DNA of 64,000 bases, from NCBI RefSeq assembly GCF_006345805.1, contig NC_043002.1:28458001-28522000 (forward strand), written 5' to 3'. Both the position numbers and the translations under genes were made by a program. This DNA is from Octopus sinensis. Lineage: Eukaryota. This document shows, one piece after another, positions 27,560 to 41,636 of this stretch (position 1 is its first letter; the number at the start of each line of letters is the position of its first letter). The notes beneath the pieces are model-generated. The model made no database searches and was not told the origin of the DNA. It saw only the letters and a program-made list of their open reading frames with translations.

Positions 27560-28070
27560 CTTGCCGTCAATACTGGAACAGTAGTTCACATGGTGTGGAG
27601 ATGTCACACATACACGAGCTCTAAAAAAGTATAACTTGAAGATATCGTGACGTAGCAAAGCTGAGTCACATAACTCCTGCCATTGAATTTCAACTCGTAT
27701 GGAGCACCATCTATCGTAGAAGATAATGTTAAACTATTATAGAAATTACGTACGTAAACCGACCTGTGGATAGCACATAACACACCTGACATCATTCTCT
27801 ATGCCGAAAATTATAAAGGCGTATAAATTATTGATATATCAAAATTTAATTACTGTAATGATGTGTAGAAGCGAACAAAAAAAAGTTAGGAAGTATACCA
27901 ATATTGCTTTTGAATTAAAAAGCATAACTACAATTAAGGAATATTTCGATTCTCCTATTTATAACAAACATAATAGGGAGGGCACACAACCATTTCTGTT
28001 AAGATACTGACAAATCTCTTGGAATGACAGACGTAGACCCATTCTAGAACACAGCCAGACTAGGATTTGT
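27560..28070 (+). mobile_element. Old R4/Dong-like REL endonuclease remnant
   Basis: Translates ..PSIVEDNVKLL*..TDLWIAHNTPDIIL..IIDIS..KVRKYTNIAFELK, matching the LYWD/NRPDI/IDI/K.Y..L pattern. Confidence 0.6.
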
Positions 28071-28089
28071 AAACGTTGTTGGGGCATTC

Positions 28090-28280
28090 TCATACATTAT
28101 CTTATTTGGTAACCTTCAACATATTACGTTAACCTTGAACATTGTCATCAACTTTGAACAACCTTGTTAACCGTGAATACTTTTAAGCTTGTTTACCGTT
28201 GAACATTTTTGTAGATCTAAAATAATATCGTTAACAATGAACAATTTCATTAGCCTTGAACATTCCTGTTAACTCTAAAC
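28090..28280. repeat. Degenerate minisatellite (ttaaccttgaacat-like units)
   Basis: Recurring ttaacc(t/g)tgaac motifs at ~18-20 bp spacing. Confidence 0.5.
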
Positions 28281-28538
28281 ACTTTAATGCTTGTTCTCTG
28301 AATTGTACTTAATTTTTGTTTCAAGACAGGAAAGGAAACTATTGGTGCATTTCTTAAACCATGAATAATAAAGACAACGACGACGATGACGACGATAACA
28401 GCAACAATAACAACAACAGCAACAATAAAAATAATAATAATAATAATATTAGCAACAATAATAATTACTATTGTTATTGTTGTTGTTATTATAACAGCAA
28501 TAATAATAATAGTAACGGTAGTAGTAGTAATAATGATG

Positions 28539-28644
<106 letters not shown>

Positions 28645-28969
28645 CAGCAACAACAATAACAACACCAACGTAAACAGCCATGCTAAAGCGTCTTTTGCAG
28701 TTAGTTTGATGATTGGCAACTTGTGAGAAATTAGCAACGATGAAACAGTAAAGGATTTGGAAAGTCCTTATCAATAAATAACTTGGAAAAAAGATGAAGC
28801 GGGAGAGATGGAGGGAAAAGGGAAAGAGACAAAGAGACAGAGTGAGAAAGAGAGAAAGGACAGCAACGAATCCCACAAAAAAAAAACGATAGGAAACGAA
28901 AGGAAACAAAACAAATAACCATATATATAAATAAATGAACATTCTGGAAATGAAAATGCACATATACAT

Positions 28970-29022
<53 letters not shown>

Positions 29023-29308
29023 TAAAATAAAACAAAAACGAACTAATGAACAAAACAAATACAACAAAACATAAAAGTCTTTGAATTCCAGTGAAAATTA
29101 TTGAATAATTAATGTTAAAAATCTATCAATGAAACATTCGCCATTTTCCTAATGAAATTCGCACGGTGTTTCTGTTCTGTCTTCCATTTTCTTACATTTT
29201 CATTTTTCTTCTGTTTTTATTCCATTTTATTTATTTTTTTTAAACATTTAAAATCAAATTCAAAATTCAATTAAGATTTCCAGTTCTTCGTTGTTGTTGT
29301 TGTTGTTG

Positions 29309-29339
<31 letters not shown>

Positions 29340-30059
29340 ATTATTATTATTATTATTATTATTATTGCTATTATTACTATTGTTGTTGATGATGATGAAT
29401 ATATTTTATACTTTATTATTGTTATGAATATTTTTTTTATTGTTGTTGTGCGCATATATGCTTTGGTTGTTGTTGTTCATATGGTTGTTGATGTATTTAT
29501 CTTTATTACTTTATTTAGTTATTTTCGTTATTATTGTTATTGTTTATCGTCGTTGCTGCTCTTCCATCGCTCGTGCTAACGTTCTTATAATTATCATCAT
29601 TATTATAATTATTATTATTGATAATATTATTTTATCATCATCATCATCATCATCATCATGTTATATATCATTATTGTTGTTGTTATTATTATTATTATTT
29701 GAGTGTTTGCCTTTCATAGATTTCTGTAAAATTAAGTAAAATTAATTTTAAAAAACCAACAAAACAATAAACCAATAACAACAGCTAACACATAAATAAA
29801 AATAAATGCTAAAAAAAAATCATTTTTCACTTGTCACTTTACACTTTTCAATTTTAAATGTTACATTCAAATTCTCACCTCTCCCCTTACCCTCTTCTAC
29901 TCCCCCCACACTCACGCATTCGCTGCATGAAACCCCTTCCTCCTTTCGCCTTCTTTTTACCGAAACCTCTTTATCATGTTGAAAGATCAGAGGAGAAACT
30001 CCAGTCTTGTACCGTCTTAACCCCCTCACCGCTACCGTGACCTCTCTCACACACTCAAC

Positions 30060-30314
30060 TCTGCTGCCGCTCAGCCGCTGCCGCCGTTACCGCCATCACC
30101 GCCTACACCTCTGACACTACCATCGATGCAATAACAATCATCATAATCATCATCATGGTCTTCGTCAGCATCATCATTCTCATCATCACCAACATGCTCA
30201 TCATTGTCGTCAGCACCATCGCTCAAACAACAATTATCACTCTTTAAAACACCACCGCCGCCACTACTACCACCCTCACAATTACTACAAATATTATTGC
30301 TCCTGCTGATGTAG

Positions 30315-30374
<60 letters not shown>

Positions 30375-30428
30375 TTTCTGTTACTACTACCACTACTACA
30401 ATTATGCCAGCTACTACTACTACTACTC

Positions 30429-30489
<61 letters not shown>

Positions 30490-31045
30490 TTTAGCTATTA
30501 TTACAACTACAACTACTTTAGCTACTACTACTGCTACTACTTTATCTACTACTACTATTACTACTACTTCACCTACTACTACTGCTACTACTTTATCTAC
30601 TACTACTATTACTACTACTTCAGCTACTACTACTACTACCACGGCTACTGCTATTTCTACTTAAGCTATGTCTACTATTACTTCTGCTAGTACTACTTCT
30701 GCTACTACTACTTCTACTAATGCTATGTCTACCACTACTTCTACTACTACTTTTACTGCAACTGCTACCACTGCTACTGCCACTAATAATAATAATAAAG
30801 CTACCACGTCAACCATCTCCCCCACAACTAACACCACCAAAACCCCGATTGCTACTAATGCAACAGCTACTACTACTGCTGCTGCTGCTGTTGCTACTAC
30901 CATAACCACGACAACCACAACCATCAGCAGCAGCATTGACAACAGGATCACATTCAGTATCATTAAAATGGCCACCACCACAGTCAACATCACTGTTATC
31001 ATGAACGTCAGGATTATGATCATTATCACCATTAATGTTCTCCTC

Positions 31046-31097
<52 letters not shown>

Positions 31098-31350
31098 GCT
31101 TCAACATCATCGTTATCATCATTATGATTTCACCAAGAACCTCCACTATCACCTATCATGACCCAGTATGACCACCGCTACCACCAGAACACCAACCACT
31201 ACCATCACCACCACCGCTACCATCATCACCACTTCACCATCACTATCATCCCCAACACTTACAATTACTACTGCCATCACCACCACCATCACCATTCACC
31301 AACATAACCGCCACCCTACTATCAGCATCAATATCATCATCACCTCTGTG
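30060..31350. repeat. Degenerate trinucleotide field (ACT/ACC/ATC)n
   Basis: Read directly. Similar blocks at 21880-22490, 43730-44800 and 47895-48415, with complementary blocks at 22930-23620 and 48700-49345. Confidence 0.9.
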
Positions 31351-32795
31351 TGTGTAAACGTTCGTTTATCTGATCATACAAGCTTGGGTAAATTCTAAGC
31401 TGGTGATGTCTAGTTGACAGAAACATATTCTTAGTTGTCTTCTGTTTTCTGAAAACAAAGGTCAAAGTTATTTTTCCTTTAATTATGAGAATTAACTTCT
31501 CATGATTAAGAGAGAATGTAATGCCCATAATCGTCTACTGGGCAGCCGACACTGATGTTGAGAGTAAAAAATCAAGGTATACATAAACTGAGTGTCTTGC
31601 CCTGCCCGAACGTTCGTAACAGAAGTCAGGATTCAACTAAAGAAATTCGAAATGCCAGCTGGTAGCGTTAAACCGAGTAGTGGATAAAGTTGTGCACCCA
31701 AAAGACCACGGCAGAATTTGAATTCAGAACGCAAAGAACCGCAACAAATGCCACAAAGTGTCTTGTACGACTCTCTTTCAGTCCGTCAATTTACTGTCAC
31801 GGAATGGTAATTTTTTTACTCACCACAAAAGGACGAAAGGTAAAGTGCATATATATATATACACGCATATATGTATGTATGTGTATATATACAAACATAT
31901 ATATATATATATATATATACATATGTGTATACACACACACACATACATACGCATGTATATATATTAACAAACGCACCCGTCCTTTGGACGGTTTAAGTTG
32001 CTTTGCTGGTATTTTTTTCCACCAAATAATTGAACTACCGAGAGGTTTATATTTGTAACACGGTAATATATGTTTCCGATTAACCGAGGAAAAGAAAACT
32101 AAACTGAAGGCTGGTTATTGTGGAGATCGTTGCTTGCAAGCGATGCAAAGCAGAGCTACTGAAGTGTTTGGGGAGAAGATTGCGGATAATGACTACAAAA
32201 TATAGTTGTTCTACATGAATGCGAAATTTCATGTCAGAAACAGCTACATAAATGGTGTAAGGAAATTGAAGGAAGACGTTGAAACGTCCTCTCTGCAAGT
32301 TTATTTTATTCATCAGCAAAGGGAGCTATTTCTCGGAGTGACGTATGATTGGTGCGTTCAAAAATAGCAATATAATAACTACTTGAAAAATTATAGTTAA
32401 AGGAATGTATTTGCTTCGTGCTTACAGTGTACGACCACTCTCAAATTGACTTTAGATGACGAAAAATGAAGACATGAAGAGTTTGACTTCAGCTCACGAA
32501 TACTGCTTTGAATCTTTAGCAGCTCGCAGTAAAAAGATGTCGCGTTCGAAATATCATAATGGATAGGTAAATAAGCATCGTTGAAGTGCTACGTGTGATC
32601 AAAGTTCGGGCTCAGTTGCAGATCCTACGCTTCACTTGTAAATCTCGCATCTAATGCTCTAAGGCATGAAACCACATGATAGGGCAATGTGGGGTATACA
32701 ATTCACGAAATATTATTTATAAATACAAGAAATATATCATGTTATATATTTTATAAAACACACTCGTTTAGGCAAGTTACAGTCATGATTACATT

Positions 32796-32849
<54 letters not shown>

Positions 32850-32893
<44 letters not shown>

Positions 32894-32979
32894 ATATATA
32901 TGGCCACACACATACATATATATACATCCATACGTATATACAAACATACATACAAATATATAATATATATATATATATA

Positions 32980-33052
<73 letters not shown>

Positions 33053-33133
33053 ATATATATGGCCACACACATACATATATATACATCCATACGTATATAC
33101 AAACATACATACAAATATATAAATATATATATA

Positions 33134-33170
<37 letters not shown>
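32850..33170. repeat. Tandem duplication (~160 bp period) of a compound microsatellite unit
   Basis: gtaaatatatatatggccacacacatacatatatatacatccatacgtatatacaaacatacatacaaat occurs at ~32887 and ~33046. Confidence 0.85.
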
Positions 33171-33187
<17 letters not shown>

Positions 33188-33369
33188 GTAATTGTTTAAG
33201 CATTGAGTATGTACCTAGTAGTTGGCCGGTGAAGCATGCTCACTGCCTATAGTATTTACACAATTGTCGCTGGATTTATCTTTTCTGCTATAAAACTTTA
33301 ACCTAATGAATTTCATTACATTACCTTTGTTTCTTCAGTGTCATCTCTTTGTTCTTATATATATATATA

Positions 33370-33660
33370 TATATAGTATATATATAAATCACAGTATGTG
33401 TGTGCATAATGACTAATGCATACATTTCCACAATTCTCAACCGATTTTCACCAAGCTTTACGCCCATTACCTATGTCCCCAGGATGGTCATGCACTTTAA
33501 CATTTTCTCCCAGAGCTCCCGCGTAAATTGCATGTAGGGTCTTCCATACTTTTAAAATCTTTTTATAAAAATGAAAGGACTTTTTCTATCTATTTATTTC
33601 TACTGTCCACCAGCGACGGTGATTAAACTGACTACGAACACTGAACGCATGCATTTCCAC
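33370..33660 (+). mobile_element. Possible Helitron/Helentron-like 5' fragment
   Basis: tatatataaatcacagtatgtgtgtg..caaccgattttcaccaagcttta resembles non-autonomous rolling-circle elements. The 3' end is not established. Confidence 0.35.
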
Positions 33661-33689
33661 AATTAGGTTCATCTGTGGGAAGAAACAGT

Positions 33690-35420
33690 AGAAGGTTGAA
33701 AAACCGGAAAACGAAAAAGCACCAAAAGTGGGGAGGAGGAGTTATTTCTCCTTAGACCGTAAAATATAAGGCAAAAAAATAATGGCCTCGAGTCTGTGGT
33801 ATAGCTGCTTAATCTGGAGAGGATGATACTTTCTATTTCGTCAACAGGAACTTTGTCATATGCTTACAACCACTGAAAATTTCGGATCTAGAATTCAGCA
33901 GTGTATTAGAGTTTTTAGATCTGAAAAGGCTCTGAGTTCTTTTAGTGACGCATAGCTTACATTTTTTTAGATTCGTTAACATATGGTGCGGATTTTTCGA
34001 TTATTGTCTACTTTATCGTATGTGATTCGATTTCGAAACCCGTACGTGGTTAGCCATCTTGGTAGCTTTACTTTTGTCCCTGTGTCAGAAGGAAGATATG
34101 TGATTAGCATAACGATTTTTGAATTCGCCTTCACATAGTCCGATATAACTCTTCTTACCTGTTGTGTCATCATCTAACGTTGCTGTAACTTCTGCCTCAT
34201 ATATGGAAGATTTAATCATACGTCCCTAGTCCAATGGACAGGTTCCTGGGTCTCGACATTACAACTGGCAGTGGGATCTTGGTGTTGTTCCCGACTAATG
34301 ATGTTTTTCATATTGGAGCAGTAGCTATATGATAATTTCACTGACCGCTTGTTACATATTTTCTTGTACCTGGGATATTTTGGAATATGTTTGTCTAAGA
34401 GAGACAGGAATCTTTACCTACGTTAATTTATACGTTAAGGGAAAAGTGGAGGAGCCAAATTATTTTCCTAGGTCTATTTTTAGGTCTATTATTATTATTC
34501 CTATAATTACTGGATGGTTTATATATTAATTTATCCTTAAAGCCACTATTGGCTAGGGTATTGTGCTGTAATAGGGCGCTGCCTTCTCGCAAATTTCTTT
34601 AGAGGAAGAAAGGTTAAATACTTTGTTACTAATGTTAGCTATCGAGTATACTACAGCGGAGGGACAAGACTGTTTATGTATATAGGAAAGTTACTCGTTG
34701 GGCTTATGCTAAGGTTTATAAGAAGAAGAGTTTAGGTCTAAAGAAACATCTAAAACATCAACTTTAGATAGATTAATAGCGACTGTGATTTTAAGGCCTA
34801 ATTGACTGAAGGTTTCCTAAATTTATCTAGGATGTGCCCACCGCACCCATGGGAAATATTCGATCAGTCATCTCGGTATAGACCAACGCCCTGAGATGGG
34901 TACTTTGATTTCCATGTCTTTAATACAAGGAGACCCACAATATCGCAGATGTCAACACTATCGTGTCATTCCAGGGAAGCATCAAACAATTCATCATTAC
35001 CGGACTTTCTTACCCATGCTGAGCCCTTACTAAACAGAAGTGTTTTCCTCGCATGCATAATAAAGTCCTGGTCTACAGGGTCTATATCAACATATGATCA
35101 AGTAGCAATCTCGATATGAAGGGATAAAAATCTATAATGTAAATCGAGGCCTATACTTATTCGTAATGTCCTTGAAACACTCTATTACAGTAAAACTGCT
35201 ATTCCATTGTTGTAGCCTAGTGGTCTCTCTCATTTTATTATTAATGTTTCATAGTATTTTTTTAGCTACTAGCCCGATTTTATTCCTCGGTGGGTTTAAC
35301 AATCTACAAGTAAGTTTATTACGAAAATTAGGTTTATGGTCTTTTAAAGTAATAAACGCTTCCCGTTTATCTAAGCATTGTAATTTATGGGGGTGGGGGT
35401 CGTTTTCCGGTTTTTCAACT
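33690..35420 (-). mobile_element. Penelope-like element (Neptune-type) with RT and GIY-YIG, decayed
   Basis: Minus strand: [29 protein letters not shown]; ARKTLLF..WVRK..LFD..CDIVGL..GVGLYRDD; LGLKIT..DVLDVSLDL..YKP; RKIIW; KLSYSYCSNMKNII; [32 protein letters not shown]; LLNSRSEIFSGCKH..*, with the stop at ~33833. Confidence 0.92.
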
Positions 35421-35864
35421 TACCATCTTTTACATCTACTTCTTTTTCGTCATATCTCGCTTTTTCTCTCATCCTATCGTCCTATTTTAGCTTATTATAC
35501 CATGTGGGCAGAGCCTGGAATTGCGCTGAGACACCAGACGTGTTAAAAATATTGTCTGGCATGCTTTCCTCGCATGAAACTAATACTAGCACATGAAAAC
35601 ATATATTGTGTTTATTAAATAATGTGTGTATAGATGGATGGATGGATGGATTTATGTATGTACATGTGTATGTCTATGTATATAAACAAACGAACACGCA
35701 CACATACAAAAATACTTTTAAAAATACATTCATGCATTCATACATGCATAGATATAAAGTTGTATGCAAGAGACAGATGACGGCAGTAGCCTCAAACTCC
35801 CTCATTCACTAAATGCCACGTATCAGAGGTTTCAAACAGTGAAGGTGTAGCAACGCCAGTAGTG

Positions 35865-35898
<34 letters not shown>

Positions 35899-36159
35899 AT
35901 CAGCTAACATTGTAGAAGTCTTTATTCCACTAAACGTACTTATCTCTGATAATCTTTACCACGAAATTAGCAGCTAAATATCCCTCAAATTTCACATCAT
36001 ATGTACACATTGGATAATTTAATTCTGGGTAAACTCTGCTTGGAAAGATACCGCTATAATCGTATGTAATTTCGATCAAGACCAACAATAATATAGGATA
36101 TGATTCTTAATTTCTGACAATTACACAAGATCGCATTTATCTATGGCTAGAGTACGGCT

Positions 36160-36400
36160 ACGCGTATGAGCAAATGGTTATGAAGTTGGGCTAGCGATCA
36201 TGAAGTCTGATTTCTGGACTAGGTGATATCTTGTGTTCTTGAGCAAGCCACTTCATTTCATGTTATACCAGTATACTGAGTTGTACATGAGCACCAACCG
36301 ACAGTTGGAAGAGCATTCACATTCTCAGTGATCCGCCAGCTCAAGTGGTGGGATGACTGAAAGACTGATTATATCTGCTCGTGACTACGTAGGCACCTAC
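36160..36400 (+). mobile_element. Degraded CORE-type SINE
   Basis: ttgtgttcttgagcaagccacttcatttcatgtt matches the central domain of the 39361-39690 copy. Confidence 0.55.
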
Positions 36401-36524
36401 AACAATTAGCGAAAGCGTGGTACAAGCTGATAGAGTGAATAAAAAATAGCTATGTCCTCCTAGTGGTCGAAGTACATAACCTGTAAAGTAGTATTTACCG
36501 GCAGTCTATCTTTTGCATGCTTAC

Positions 36525-36688
36525 ATGATCGGAGCTCAACACCTCACGAATCTGCACTTGTTTTCTTCCTAGATTTTCTGAGTAATCATTCAGATTGTCC
36601 ATCGATTGGTTGTTTGCGTTACAAAGTACAGTAAACATTAAATATTTGAAGAAGATAGACTTCACCACATCCGATCTACTTACTTTCC
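36525..36688 (-). CDS. Candidate 164-nt exon (KVSRSDVVKSIFFKYLMFTVLCNANNQSMDNLNDYSENLGRKQVQIREVLSSDH)
   Basis: Acceptor tgttttcctctcccaaaag|G, donor CAT|GTAAGC and 54 open codons in unique sequence. No homology recognised. Confidence 0.3.
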
Positions 36689-37765
36689 CTTTTGGGAGAG
36701 GAAAACATTTTCTGTTTAGGGCCTTTTTCCTTTATCTTTTTTTTAAATATTTTTTTCTTCTCTCAACTGTCTACCAACCCATCGTAAGATAATAGTGTTG
36801 CGGCAGCATTGCTGGTTATGGCCGGAAGAAAGATGTTCCAGATCATTGACCTCTGGAAGTGCCGATCAGGCGATCTTTTCAGCTACTTCCGGGGCCTCAA
36901 TAGAAACGTCATTGAGAGCACCAAACTGCCCTTTTTTTTTCACCCCAGCTGATCTTTTATTTCAATTTTCTCCAAGCCGAATACCCTCACATTGTCTTTA
37001 CTGTCACATGCACTACCAATCCCATTGCTTTTACTTCTGAACCCACAACAAAGCACAGCTCCAGAATGATCCTGTGACTCTCACCTTCACAGAACTTTTA
37101 TATCATTACAGATCCCTCCCGATCACATTTAATTTCTTATCAATTCTATAGCTGTATAAGCATAACCATTGGGGTACTTGGGTGTGTTCTAAGTGATTCA
37201 GAAAAAGGTTTATAAAAAATGAAGGGAAAAGCAAAAAAGGAATTAATATATATTCTGCGCATTTACATTGTAAGTGAAACAATGAAAATATGTAAGACTT
37301 TTCTGAATTTCAAAATGTAATACAAATAGTATTCTTATTTAAATTCTGGTTGTTTCTCGATAAGGATCAATCCCCTGGTTTCTGGGATGATTGCAGACTC
37401 TCAAAAAGGAAAGTGCTACATATATGCATACACATATACATATATGCATATACATCTACATACCATTATGCATACATATATAAATGCAAACATGCATTCA
37501 TACAGACCGATAGACATGCATATATACATGCGCCACGCATATAACACACTATATATGCGCAAAAAAACACGTATATTTACATATGTATATGAATACATAT
37601 ATACGTATATATATATATACGTTATATATACATACATATATATGCATGTATGTATTTATATATAGATAGACAGGCAGACAAGCAGGTAGTTAACTAGCTA
37701 GCTAGATAAACAGATAGATATACAAATAAATAGATAAATAGATAGATAGATAGATAGATAGATAT

Positions 37766-37804
<39 letters not shown>

Positions 37805-38591
37805 TATAGATAGATAGATACACACACACACACACACACACGCACATCCATATATGTGTGTGTCAACAATACACAAACATACACGTAGACAATGATGTGT
37901 GTGTGTGTGTGCATAGACACATAAAAACAGTTATACAATTATCGAATTCCACACATACATACACTCATCAACATACACACACACACACACATTTCCAATG
38001 TCACAAGCAACCTCACACACATACCTACACCGATTCTCCCCCACGCCCACCTACACATTCATACAGAAAAAAATTCGTCTGTGAATATTTCTCGTATTTG
38101 TCAACTGTTGACAGAATCGAAACTATTTTCACAGAGTAAATAAAACGTTATATATTAAAGCCGTACAAATCGTTTCTTCCTAACCTCCGACGCTACACTA
38201 ACCTACAAGCTTCACTGGCAAACACGTCTCCCTTAACAAATACTTGGGGGTTTGAGGGCTGGGAGTTGTGTGCTACTAAGAAGTCTTTTCATCTTTGAGA
38301 AGGGGCTCCAGATCTGTATTCCCCCTTAGGTATACTTTCTGAATTTAATAACAAGGTTAATATCAAGGGTATAGTGTACGAAGGTCAGAGTGAGAGTAAG
38401 AGTCTAGAAAACAAGGCATTAGGTCCCACCCGGGAGATGAACGTAGAAGATTTGGGGGCTAATAGCTGAGTAAATAAATAGATTTCTTTTTGAGGCGGAT
38501 AGTTTTATATTGTCATGTTTTAAATGCCATTAAAAGTTTAGGAAAACGGTTGGGTACAGTGTGAAATTGTGCTGGAGCCTTACCGTCTATC

Positions 38592-38626
<35 letters not shown>

Positions 38627-38629
38627 CAC

Positions 38630-38660
<31 letters not shown>

Positions 38661-38924
38661 AACACACACACACATATACAGATATATGTGTGCGTAAATA
38701 TGTGTATATACTTATATATAATGAAGTAGTATATGTATATACGTTCATATATAGGTATGTGTGCAAACGTATGTATGCTTGTATACATGTACGCCCCACT
38801 ATATACAAAAATGCATATATTATATGTAAGCATACACACACACACACATATATACATTTTTGTATGGATGTACGTTCAAGTATATATATATATATATATT
38901 ATATATATATATATATACATGGAA

Positions 38925-39306
38925 TGGAAGCACTCCGTCGGTTGCGACGACGAGGGTTCCGGTTGATCCGATCAACCGAACAGCCTGCTCGTGAAATTAA
39001 CGTGTAAGTGGCTGAGCACTCCACAGACACGTGTACCCTTAACGTAGTTCTCGGGGATATTCAGCGTGACACAGAGAGTGACAAGGCCGGCCCTTTGAAA
39101 TACAGGTACAACAGAAACAGGAAGTAAGAGTGAGAGAAAGTTGTGGTGAAAGAGTACAGCAGGGATCACCACCATCCCCTGCCGGAGCCTCGTGGAGCTT
39201 TAGGTGTTTTCGCTCAATAAACACTCACAACACCCGGTCTGGGAATCGAAACCGCGATCCTACGACCGCGAGTCCGCTGCCCTAACCACTGGGCCATTGC
39301 GCCTCC
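38925..39306 (-). mobile_element. SINE family B, full length
   Basis: Reverse complement of 22490-22856, with an extra gtcgtaggatcgcg in the tRNA-like head. Confidence 0.9.
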
Positions 39307-39360
39307 ACATATATATACATACATACAATCTGTGTACATAGATACATGCATATATTAATA

Positions 39361-39690
39361 TATGGGTGACCCCCTTCGGTCATGAATAACCATGGGATTG
39401 CACCTAAAACGTTACCCTCCGTGGCACAATTCCGGGCAAGGTTGTTTATGGAAGACCACCAGTCGCACATGCGTACCGGCCTTCCTTCTCCAAGCCACCG
39501 ATGTTACTCAAGGATCGATACAGCTTGCAACACTGACGTCGCAACTCATTTCTACAGCTGAGTGAACTGGAGCAACGTGAAATAAAGTGTCTTGCTCAAG
39601 AACACAACACACAGTCCGGTCCAGGAATCGAACTCACAACCTAACGATCGTAAGCTCGACGCTCTAACCACTCAGCCAGGCGTCTTCACT
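39361..39690 (-). mobile_element. tRNA-derived CORE-type SINE
   Basis: Head tggctgagtggttagagcg..gagttcgattcc, then ttgtgttcttgagcaagacactttatttcacgttgctccagttcactcagctgt, a CORE-like domain. Confidence 0.8.
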
Positions 39691-40632
39691 ATACATATAT
39701 ATGCATAGAGAACCATAGATACATACATTTATATATACATCTATATATGTATATGCGTTTATATATAAGTATATATATGTGTGAATACATGCATAAGTGT
39801 ATGTGTTTGTGTATATACACATGTCTCGGGTATGACTTTAAACTGCATCTGTGGGACCCTGGTTCAGGAGTTCTAGGCTTTTGAGTAATGTGGATCCATC
39901 TCTTAGCCTCTATTGTTAAGAGGTCTACTACAGTCCGGAGTGGCAGCACCTGTTAGGGTCCAAACTATAGGTTAACTAGCATGTGAACCAAAAGATGTGG
40001 CGGACGCCTAATTCTTGATAGGACTCTCTTCTAGAAGAAGATAAACTCATATAAAAAGTCTGAAATGCAGTTGGTTTCTTTTAGTCTCAACTTCTGTTGT
40101 GCTATCAACTCTATACGTAATTGCCTTAAAAGTAGGTTTTATCCATCCAAAACAAATTCACACGCGATAAATTCTGAAACTCCAGGAACTTTTGCATAGA
40201 TATACTGAGTTCAATAAGTCGTCTTACTCAGTCACGAGTTATTTTGCACCATGTTTGTATGCTTGTACGTAAGTATCGCTGTATCTATGTATATACGCGT
40301 GAATATTTCTATCTATGCATGTACATACGTAAGTATGTATGGATGCATGAAGGTATATATGCATAGCAAACGTAGCTTGTTGACGTAGTTGCTTTGCACT
40401 GAGAGGCTCTTCAGCCTTTCATATAAACTAATCGGGGATTCTTAACTCGCCTACATTGTAGAACGGATACAGGGTTTATTCCATTCGAAAGTCCACTGAA
40501 ATTTTTCTCAATAGTTCCATGGCGTGTTATAGCTGACTCCTGTTATCAAGCCATGGTGAAATACAGACACAAACGCAAACACATACACATAAATATATAT
40601 TCATATATTCTTTCAATTTCCGTCTATCAAAT

Positions 40633-40735
40633 CCATTCACAAAGATTTGGTCAGCCCAAGTTGACCCGCAGTGAGACTGAACCTGAAACCATGTAGCTGG
40701 TAAGCAAACTGCTTACCACACAACCACGTCTGCGT
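40633..40735 (-). mobile_element. SINE C 5' fragment
   Basis: cgcagtgagactgaacctgaaaccatgtagctggtaagcaaactgcttaccacac matches the head of 41231-41636. Confidence 0.7.
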
Positions 40736-40755
40736 ATAAGTATACGTATGTATAT

Positions 40756-40845
<90 letters not shown>

Positions 40846-41230
40846 TATATTTGTGTATGTGTGTGTGTATATATATATATATATACGTCACACACATATA
40901 CACACATGCATATATATATAGATATATGGTTGCCGTTGTTGTTGTTGTTGCAGCTCTTTTGCCATTATCGTAATCGTTCCAGTTGCTGTTGAGTTTTAGT
41001 TTCAATCAGCTCTGGTTTATCAGACATGTGACCAAAGACTTTCCATCTGTAACCAACACGTGTTACTTTTATATTCACACAATGTATCTAACCAATACTA
41101 CATAACCAACTGTGTCCATTTTAAAGTCAGTAAGTTTATTTGAGGGAGATTTCGCTGTTATTTTCTGGAAAATTGATCCACTACATACAAACTTCTTTGT
41201 TGATTCACATAATTTATCCGTTGTTGTTTT

Positions 41231-41636
41231 TACTCTTTTACTCTTTTACTTGTTTCAGTCATTTGACTGCGGCCATGCTGGAGCACCGCCTTTAGTCGAG
41301 CAAATCGACCCCGGGACTTATACTTTGTAACCCCAGTACTTATTCTATCGGTCTCTTTTGCCGAACCGCTAAGTGACGGGGACGTAAACACACCAGCATC
41401 GGTTGTCAAGCAATGCTAGGGGGACAAACACACAAACACACACACACACATACATATATATATACATATATACGACAGGCTTCTTTCAGTTTTCGTCAAC
41501 CAAATCCACTCACAAGGCATTGGTCGGTCTGGGGCTATAGCAGAAGACACTTGCCCAAGATGCCACGCAGTGGGACTGAACCCGGAACCATGTGGTTGGT
41601 TAGCAAGCTTCTTACCACACAGCCACTCCTGCACCT
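41231..41636 (-). mobile_element. SINE family C, full length, (agtaaaag) tail
   Basis: Minus strand aggtgcaggagtggctgtgtggtaagaagc..gggttcagtccc..ttgggcaagtgtcttc..gactgaaacaagtaaaagagtaaaagagta. Confidence 0.9.

Noticed and set aside
30244-31398. Long Thr/Val-rich ORFs resembling mucins (also 43720-44228, 47867-49002)
   Set aside because: They are translations of degenerate (ACT/ACC)n repeats, open on both strands, with no signal peptide, domain or splice context.
32456-32570. Plus-strand exon-like segment MTKNEDMKSL..
   Set aside because: The only open frame ends in a stop immediately before the donor, and the acceptor is weak.
36790-37200. Coding-looking minus-strand stretch
   Set aside because: All frames contain stops and no motif was recognised; left unassigned.
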